From the IMG/VR virus record IMGVR_UViG_3300021963_000633, positions 1-24,358 of that record: a stretch of 24,358 bases of DNA; one strand, 5' to 3'. Each line of letters starts with the position of its first letter. Within the stretch, counting starts at the first letter, position 1. This DNA comes from a virus (Duplodnaviria; Caudoviricetes). This document shows positions 18,050 through 24,358 of this stretch, piece by piece. The notes under the pieces were generated by a model that saw only the letters and a program-made list of their open reading frames with translations, was not told where the DNA came from and searched no databases. Position numbers and translations under genes: made by a program.

Positions 18050-21000
18050 ATGGAAGAGGTATATTCATTGTCAGACGGAACACAGGTAGATTTATCTAAC
18101 TACTCAGATTTCGAAAGAATTAATTTCTTAATGGAGAATCCAGGTGCAAAAAAGTTAAAAGGCGTTGCGAAGAGTGCGGGCGTGATGCCAAAAAAGAAAG
18201 CACAAGATACGGGATCCAAGCGGGTAAGTGGTTCTTCGGGTTCTCAAAAATATAGGTTAGCAAACGAAGATGATTTAGAGATAATGCAGAAAAGAGGAGA
18301 AGCTCCTCCTCCTTCTGCTTATCCTAAATCAAATGTAGATGTTAACAATATATATGGTAATAAAACTAACTTTAATAAAGATTACCAAGAATTAAAAGCA
18401 TATTTAGGTAAAGGAGACTACAAACAAAGATTAGAAACTTTACCAAAAGATAAAAAAACAAAAAGCACAAAAGATTTATATACTTTGAAACAAAACTCTA
18501 CTGAACATGTAGATAGTGTTAACGAGATAGCAAATCTTAAGAAAAAAATACAGGAAACAGATTCTGACTTAGAACATCCTTATTTATATTATTCTTCTAA
18601 AAACCAATGGGAAGGAGACGACTTTATAGATCAAAATTATAATAGATCAGAATTAGAAGATTTAGGCATTAATACAGAAGACTTTGATGGATACTTAAAT
18701 AAGAATGGATATAAACAGGATTATTTAGATAAGAAGCAAAGAGGTCTTTACGATGGAGAAGGTTCTAACTTCATGACTGGATACAACTATAAGTTAGCTG
18801 ATGAACTTGCTAAGAAACGTATGTTAAACATGTATATGGATAATATGCAACGTCGTGATTATACTAAGCAAGATTTAAACGAAGAAATAGAAGTAGTATC
18901 TGGTAAAAAGAAAGAAAAAGAAATAGTAAATAGATCTTTATTCGATCAAAATAAAACAATAGCTTACGTTGAAAAAAACTATCCAAATGTAACTCAAAAG
19001 TTAAAAGAGAGAGACATTGAAAACGCTAGGTTATATGAAGAATCTAAAAAAGGTTCATCTGACTTTTGGTCTTGGGATACTCCTGGAAAGATAGGTAAAG
19101 CTGGATGGAATGCTGTTGTAGATAGATTAGATCAAGTAAGTCCAGTTGTTTACGAAAAATTAGGAATGGAAGATACCGCAGAAGGTATTAGATTGAATGC
19201 AGAACAAACTCAATTATCTAGACCAGAAGAAAGAGGTTATGCTTACGCTTCTGGTAAATTAGTTAATTATGATGGTACTGATTACATAGTTGATTCTAAA
19301 GGACAAATATACGACAAAGACGCTAAGATTAGAGTAACTGACTTATTAAGTAAAAACAGTTATGAAAAAATATTAATTGATTCTAAAAACGCTCCATCAG
19401 ATTGGACTTTTAGTGGTCAAGGCGCGGCAACCCAAACAGCTAGTGTTATGGGTGATATGATTATTCAAGCTGCTTTAACTCGTGGGATTGGAGAGTTTGG
19501 CGCTATAGCCACAGAAACAAGATTAGCTTTGAATGGAGCTCAAAAAGCAAATAGATTTTCGTCCTTATTAAACGATACTTCTAGTGCGTTAAAAATGATA
19601 CCACTACAAAGAGCAGAAGGTTATTCTATGGTTGCTCAAGGTGCATTAGGTTATACACAAGGGTATGAAGAAACTTTAAAAGCAGCGAGAGATAATGGAA
19701 TAACAGATAAAGAAGCTTTTAAATTAGCTTCATCTGCTGCCCAAAGATTAGCTGTATTATATAGTTCTACAGGTGCTATAAACCCTCAGACTCAAGTTGC
19801 TGATAATTTGTTTGGTTCTAAGAACATAATAAAACAAGCTATCGATCAATATACTAAAAAAGGAGAGAAAGGTTTTGTACAATATTTAGACGATATAATT
19901 AAGAATGCACCTAAAAATGCTATTGAATTTGCAGAAGAAGGAGCGAAGGAAGTTGTTCAAGAAAACATACAACAAGTAGGTGAAATTGGAGCTAATAAAA
20001 TAACAAACGTTGAGGCTGGTAAAAAGATAATGAATGATACCATGTCTGCTGACGATTTTGTTAATACCTCTATTTTATCATTTATATCTTCTGGTTTAAT
20101 ATCTAAGGCTAAATTACCTACTTTTAATTCTTCAGATCAAGATGTAGATGATTTAGGTTCTTTAAGTACACTAGCTAAAAATAAAAAAGAGTTTACTAAA
20201 ATAATAGATGGTTTAGTTGATCAAAAAGTATTTACAATTGAAGAAGCAACTAACTTAAAGAAAGATGTAGATATTTACGCTGATAATGTAAATAAGTTAC
20301 CTAAAAATGTCTCTCCTAAATCAGCAATGCCGATTATGAAAGAATTAGATAAAGTAACTAAATTAGAAAATCAAAAACAATCTACAGATAAGGCTTTTCA
20401 TGATGAGATTGATCTACAGATAGAAGGTATTAGAAATAATGTAAAAGAAATATTTTACAAAGATCAATTAGAAGCTAAAAATAAATCTATAATAAAAGCT
20501 TTAGAAAAAGGTATTGTAAAAAATACAGAATTTAAGACTTTTAAAAACACTCAACAATTAGAAGAATATCTTGTAAATAATTACAACATGAAACCTAAAG
20601 ACGCTAAGTTTAACGCGGCTAATAAAGGTGTTTTTCTTAACTCACAATATTTAAATGATGTTTCTGAAGGAGGTGTTGAAATACCTGAAGGAAAGAAATT
20701 TATATTTATAAATGAAGAAATAGCTTCTAAAAGAGGTGATTTTTCTGTAGGTCAACATGAATTCTTACATGCTCTTATGCATGAGACTTTAAAAGACGAT
20801 CCTGAGGCAAAAAAACTACTAGGTACAGCTCTTACAAAAGAGTTAATGAAAGTAGATACTTTATTAAAAGCAGAAGGTAAAGAAGATGTAGTTGTACCAA
20901 AAGAGTATGCTCAAAAATTAGGAGCTTACAAAAGATTTTATGACGAACAGAATAACAATTTGTTCGATGAAATGGACGACTATTATAACGATTATAAGGA

Positions 21001-24000
21001 AGGTAAGATAACTAAAGAAGAGTACGATACTAAAAAATCTGAAATCCAAACAGAAATAGATAGTAACACTGGAGACATGTGGGAAGAAGCACTTAATTTA
21101 TACTCTGACGCTATTAGTCAAGGTTTAGTTAAGTACGACGAAGGAACAATGAATCGTTTAAAAGATACTATAAGACAAGTACTTCAATTCTTAGGAATAA
21201 AAGACGTAAAATTCGAAACAGGTAGAGATGTTTATAATTTCTTAAAAGACTACAATAACAGTGTTAATTCTGGAAATTGGGGTCTTGGCATGAGAAAAGT
21301 AGGAAAAGGTAGTGTTGAAATAAATAAAGAATCTTTAAGAAAAGAAACAGGAGTTAAAGAACCTGTAAAGAAAAAAGAAGAACAAACAACAGTATCTAAA
21401 CCTAAATTCTCTTTATCAGAAAGAAAATCTTCTGAAGAAATTAAGAAGGATGTAAATAAAAATTACAACAAAGAACTATGGAGTAGTGGAAGTAATTCAA
21501 AAGATGAAAATCCAGCTATCAATAGAGTAATGTTTGATATATTAAATGAATACGAATATATAATTAAAGGTAAAGCAAAAGGATTGGGATATGTAAATCT
21601 ACCTGATTTTAGTGAAATGGATTTCATTAGTGAAACTTCACTAGCTATGATACCTCTTATTCGTAACTTTAATAAAGAGTTCTTTCAAAAAAGAGAAGAA
21701 TACAAAAAGGAACTAGAAGCAAAAGGTTTAGATCCTAAAAGCGAAGAGTTTAAAGAGAAACTAGAGGTTCAAGACGAAAAAGGTTATCAAGGTAAAAAAG
21801 GCATCGTAAAAGAAAACAAAGATCTAAACGCTTATATAAATTCGCAATTAGGTAATAAAATGAAAGATGCTCTTAAATCTGGAAATGTAACCTCACAATT
21901 GTTTACAGACGACATACAAGGAGAAGGATTTAAGGAAACTAGAGTATTAGCTGATTATGCTGGAGATACTGGAGAAGAATCTGACTTTTTAGATGAATCG
22001 GATAGTGTATTCAATGCTGAACAAGATTTTGAAGAAGAACAAAGTAATCTTGCTGTTTTATTGAGCGATCCAGTGTTTAACTTTGTAGATGAACAAGGTA
22101 AACCTATAAACATTGAAACAGTACCTTTTGGTGGTTTCTTTGTTACAGAAGCCTCAGATCCAACCGTTGCTGCTAATATAAAACTAAAAACAGAAACAGA
22201 TCCTGCTAAAATAGCAGATTTGAATAGACAATTAAAAGAATTAGAAAGAGGTTTAGAATTACAATCTAAAAAAGATAGAACTCCAGAAGAAAATGAAGAA
22301 TTAAAAAAATTAAAATCTTTTAAATCTTATGATCTTTCAACTGGAATGATGGTAAACACGTTTGAAGCTCTTTCTGTTCAAGATACGCCAGCTAAAATCA
22401 TTTCTGATGAGGTTGGACGTGAGATATTAAGATCTCCAAACATTGAAACTCTAGAATATAGAAACTTCAAAGAAAGATTATCATTTTTATCTAAGACTAT
22501 GGCAAGAAGAATGACTTTCAAGAACGGTCCAGAAATAGAGTCTTTAATGTACAATCAATGGAAGTTATTATACGATGTTATAAATAATCCTGTTGATCAA
22601 GTTACTGGAGAATCTAGTTATGCTTCTAAAAAATTACCACCTAGATTAAAAGAAACAGACGAAAAAGGTGATATCAAAAAAATAGAAGATATAAGTAGAG
22701 TAAAATTCTTACAATCTTACTATGGAATAGACGATGCCACTAGAATTATAAAAACTTATGGTGGTGAAAATGCCAGTGAAGAATTAAAACAATTTGAAGA
22801 TTCTGAATTAAGTGAAAAGGATGGTGGTAAATTAAGACCTACAACTTATTTCGATAGAAGAACAGCTTTAATGGAATTGTTTGGTGATGTTTTAGTTTTA
22901 CAAGAAGCTAGAAGATTAATTAGACAACCTGAATTCTTAGATAGAGTTGCAGAACGAAACGTTAATTTGGCAAATGATTTAAAGAACGAAGTTATTAGAG
23001 CTAAAGTTCTTGATGATATGGCAAAAGGTAAGAGTAGTGTTGTTAAATTTAGTTTAGCAGAAGAAGAAAATGGTAGATTATCTAGTTTCTTAGAAGGACT
23101 TCCTTTTACTGAACAATGGACAGTTGCAAGAGATATAGATAACGCTATTAAAAACGCTAAAATTGCTGATGGAACTAAAGTAACATTTAAAGTACCAAGT
23201 AGATCTAAATTCTCAGATAAACAAACAGCTTACTTCTTAATACAGAAAGTAGCAGATGGTTATAATGACTTTGAGTTTAAAGTTAAGAAAAATGCAAATG
23301 GAACTTTAACTAAACAAGTTTTAGAAGCTCTTGATTATAAGTCAAAGAAATACCAAGAAATCGTAGAGAAGAATAATAATATCGAGAAAACAATAAACGA
23401 TATTATAGAAGAAAACAAAGGAGTTAAATCAGAAGAAACATTCTCTCCTGAAACTGCTAAGAATTTAGGTAAGAACGTTGGTAAACATAAAATTTATTTA
23501 CCACCTGAAGACGAAGACTTCGAAGGACTGCTATACACGTTAGCAAGCGCTAAAGGTGTTAAAGGTGAGGAACAACTTGAGTTTCTTAGAAACACATTGT
23601 TAAAACCATATAGTGATGCAATGCTTAACTTAATGAAAGCTAGGCAAACAATGTATAAAGACTGGACTGACTTAATAAACAAGAAACACAAAGGAATAAG
23701 TAAAATACTTAAACAAGATTCTGGTTATGGCGGTTACTTGTATGATCAAGCAGTTAGGGTTTACTTATGGAAAAAAGCTGGTTATGAAATACCTGGTTTA
23801 GATAAAAAAGATATATTTAACTTAGTTGAAAAAGTAAGAACTGATCCTAAATTAAGAAAGTTCGCTGATGACGTTTCTTTACTTTCTAAACAAGCTAATG
23901 GTTGGACAGAACCTGGTCATAATTGGGGATTTGGTTCAGTAGTTGGAGATATTAATAATATTATATCAAAATCAAATAGAACTAAATACTTAGAACCTTG

Positions 24001-24358
24001 GACTAAAAATATTGAAAAAGCTTTCTCTAAAGAAAACATGAGCAAGATAGAAGCTATATACGGTAGAAAATACGTAACAGCTTTAAAAAATGCTCTAGAT
24101 AGAATGAAAACCGGAAGTAATAGAATAGAAGGTTCTAACGATAGCTTTTTAAATTGGTTAAACGGAGCTACAGCGGTAACAATGTTTGCTAATATGCGTT
24201 CTGCTTTACTTCAAACTTTAGGTGCTGTCAATTTTATCAACACGTCTGATAATAACATATTAAAAGCAGGAGCAGCGTTATTAAACGTACCTCAGTATAC
24301 TAAAGACTTTTTTACAATATGGAATTCAGATTACCTTAGAGATAGAAGATCTGGCTTA
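18050..24358 (+). CDS. Giant virion cargo / polyvalent protein (at least 2103 aa, 3'-truncated) with zincin metallopeptidase domain
   Basis: ATG at 18050 (AAATT-ATG). The frame reads MEEVYSLSDG... to ...WNSDYLRDRRSGL at the window end and I found no stop. Has Gly/Ala hydrophobic segments near 19400-19780, EEGAKEVVQE, HEFLH at 20756-20770 and a distal WEE at 21080-21088. Confidence 0.88.
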   Translation, partial: MEEVYSLSDGTQVDLSNYSDFERINFLMENPGAKKLKGVAKSAGVMPKKKAQDTGSKRVSGSSGSQKYRLANEDDLEIMQKRGEAPPPSAYPKSNVDVNNIYGNKTNFNKDYQELKAYLGKGDYKQRLETLPKDKKTKSTKDLYTLKQNSTEHVDSVNEIANLKKKIQETDSDLEHPYLYYSSKNQWEGDDFIDQNYNRSELEDLGINTEDFDGYLNKNGYKQDYLDKKQRGLYDGEGSNFMTGYNYKLADELAKKRMLNMYMDNMQRRDYTKQDLNEEIEVVSGKKKEKEIVNRSLFDQNKTIAYVEKNYPNVTQKLKERDIENARLYEESKKGSSDFWSWDTPGKIGKAGWNAVVDRLDQVSPVVYEKLGMEDTAEGIRLNAEQTQLSRPEERGYAYASGKLVNYDGTDYIVDSKGQIYDKDAKIRVTDLLSKNSYEKILIDSKNAPSDWTFSGQGAATQTASVMGDMIIQAALTRGIGEFGAIATETRLALNGAQKANRFSSLLNDTSSALKMIPLQRAEGYSMVAQGALGYTQGYEETLKAARDNGITDKEAFKLASSAAQRLAVLYSSTGAINPQTQVADNLFGSKNIIKQAIDQYTKKGEKGFVQYLDDIIKNAPKNAIEFAEEGAKEVVQENIQQVGEIGANKITNVEAGKKIMNDTMSADDFVNTSILSFISSGLISKAKLPTFNSSDQDVDDLGSLSTLAKNKKEFTKIIDGLVDQKVFTIEEATNLKKDVDIYADNVNKLPKNVSPKSAMPIMKELDKVTKLENQKQSTDKAFHDEIDLQIEGIRNNVKEIFYKDQLEAKNKSIIKALEKGIVKNTEFKTFKNTQQLEEYLVNNYNMKPKDAKFNAANKGVFLNSQYLNDVSEGGVEIPEGKKFIFINEEIASKRGDFSVGQHEFLHALMHETLKDDPEAKKLLGTALTKELMKVDTLLKAEGKEDVVVPKEYAQKLGAYKRFYDEQNNNLFDEMDDYYNDYKEGKITKEEYDTKKSEIQTEIDSNTGDMWEEALNLYSDAISQGLVKYDEGTMNRLKDTIRQVLQFLGIKDVKFETGRDVYNFLKDYNNSVNSGNWGLGMRKVGKGSVEINKESLRKETGVKEPVKKKEEQTTVSKPKFSLSERKSSEEIKKDVNKNYNKELWSSGSNSKDENPAINRVMFDILNEYEYIIKGKAKGLGYVNLPDFSEMDFISETSLAMIPLIRNFNKEFFQKREEYKKELEAKGLDPKSEEFKEKLEVQDEKGYQGKKGIVKENKDLNAYINSQLGNKMKDALKSGNVTSQLFTDDIQGEGFKETRVLADYAGDTGEESDFLDESDSVFNAEQDFEEEQSNLAVLLSDPVFNFVDEQGKPINIETVPFGGFFVTEASDPTVAANIKLKTETDPAKIADLNRQLKELERGLELQSKKDRTPEENEELKKLKSFKSYDLSTGMMVNTFEALSVQDTPAKIISDEVGREILRSPNIETLEYRNFKERLSFLSKTMARRMTFKNGPEIESLMYNQWKLLYDVINNPVDQVTGESSYASKKLPPRLKETDEKGDIKKIEDISRVKFLQSYYGIDDATRIIKTYGGENASEELKQFEDSELSEKDGGKLRPTTYFDRRTALMELFGDVLVLQEARRLIRQPEFLDRVAERNVNLANDLKNEVIRAKVLDDMAKGKSSVVKFSLAEEENGRLSSFLEGLPFTEQWTVARDIDNAIKNAKIADGTKVTFKVPSRSKFSDKQTAYFLIQKVADGYNDFEFKVKKNANGTLTKQVLEALDYKSKKYQEIVEKNNNIEKTINDIIEENKGVKSEETFSPETAKNLGKNVGKHKIYLPPEDEDFEGLLYTLASAKGVKGEEQLEFLRNTLLKPYSDAMLNLMKARQTMYKDWTDLINKKHKGISKILKQDSGYGGYLYDQAVRVYLWKKAGYEIPGLDKKDIFNLVEKVRTDPKLRKFADDVSLLSKQANGWTEPGHNWGFGSVVGDINNIISKSNRTKYLEPWTKNIEKAFSKENMSKIEAIYGRKYVTALKNALDRMKTGSNRIEGSNDSFLNWLNGATAVTMFANMRSALLQTLGAVNFINTSDNNILKAGAALLNVPQYTKDFFTIWNSDYLRDRRSGL
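18148..18203 (+). other. Candidate programmed -1 ribosomal frameshift element
   Basis: In-phase A_AAA_AAG (18148-18154), 6-nt spacer, stem GGCGTTGCG(18161-69)/CGTGATGCC(18181-89), loop GTGC complementary to GCAC at 18200-03. A second in-phase A_AAA_AAG sits at 18190-96. Confidence 0.65.

Noticed and set aside
18133-18136. GGAG upstream of the slippery site as a dnaX-like internal Shine-Dalgarno stimulator
   Set aside because: Spacing is plausible, but it is only 4 nt and Bacteroidota ribosomes largely ignore SD sequences; not counted as evidence.
23494-23691. Minus-strand 65-aa ORF
   Set aside because: Lies antisense within the giant plus-strand ORF that the track omitted for lack of a stop codon.
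18050-24358. Giant ORF as a crAss-type virion RNA polymerase
   Set aside because: No DxDxD/DFDID catalytic motif was seen in the available portion; it cannot be excluded beyond the window.

Overview
AT-rich (roughly 30% GC by eye), gene-dense, all-plus-strand virion morphogenesis module of a crAss-like / Bacteroidota (Flavobacteria-type) podophage. Gene order: terminase large subunit (5'-truncated), portal, acidic scaffold-like protein, major capsid protein, conserved post-capsid gene, two ring/tail-tube adaptor proteins, a tail stabilization ('muzzle') protein present as two ORFs, a GNAT-fold protein, two probable ejection proteins (the first ending in an S74 autocleaving chaperone domain), and a giant >2100-aa cargo polyprotein (18050 to the window end, missing from the ORF track) with a zincin HEFLH motif. 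Product calls come from motif recognition and synteny, not from database searches. Main hidden signals: (1) a textbook -1 frameshift cassette at the start of the giant gene (in-phase A_AAA_AAG, 6-nt spacer, 9-bp stem, possible pseudoknot) that would yield a 68-aa CxxC/aromatic protein; (2) a nested +1-frame 44-aa ORF (MPFKSKAQRK...) inside the scaffold gene; (3) a sigma70 region-2-like segment between repeated KFSL motifs downstream of the protease in the cargo protein; (4) an identical 23-nt leader before the two genes flanking the capsid gene; (5) two long G-U-containing intergenic hairpins.
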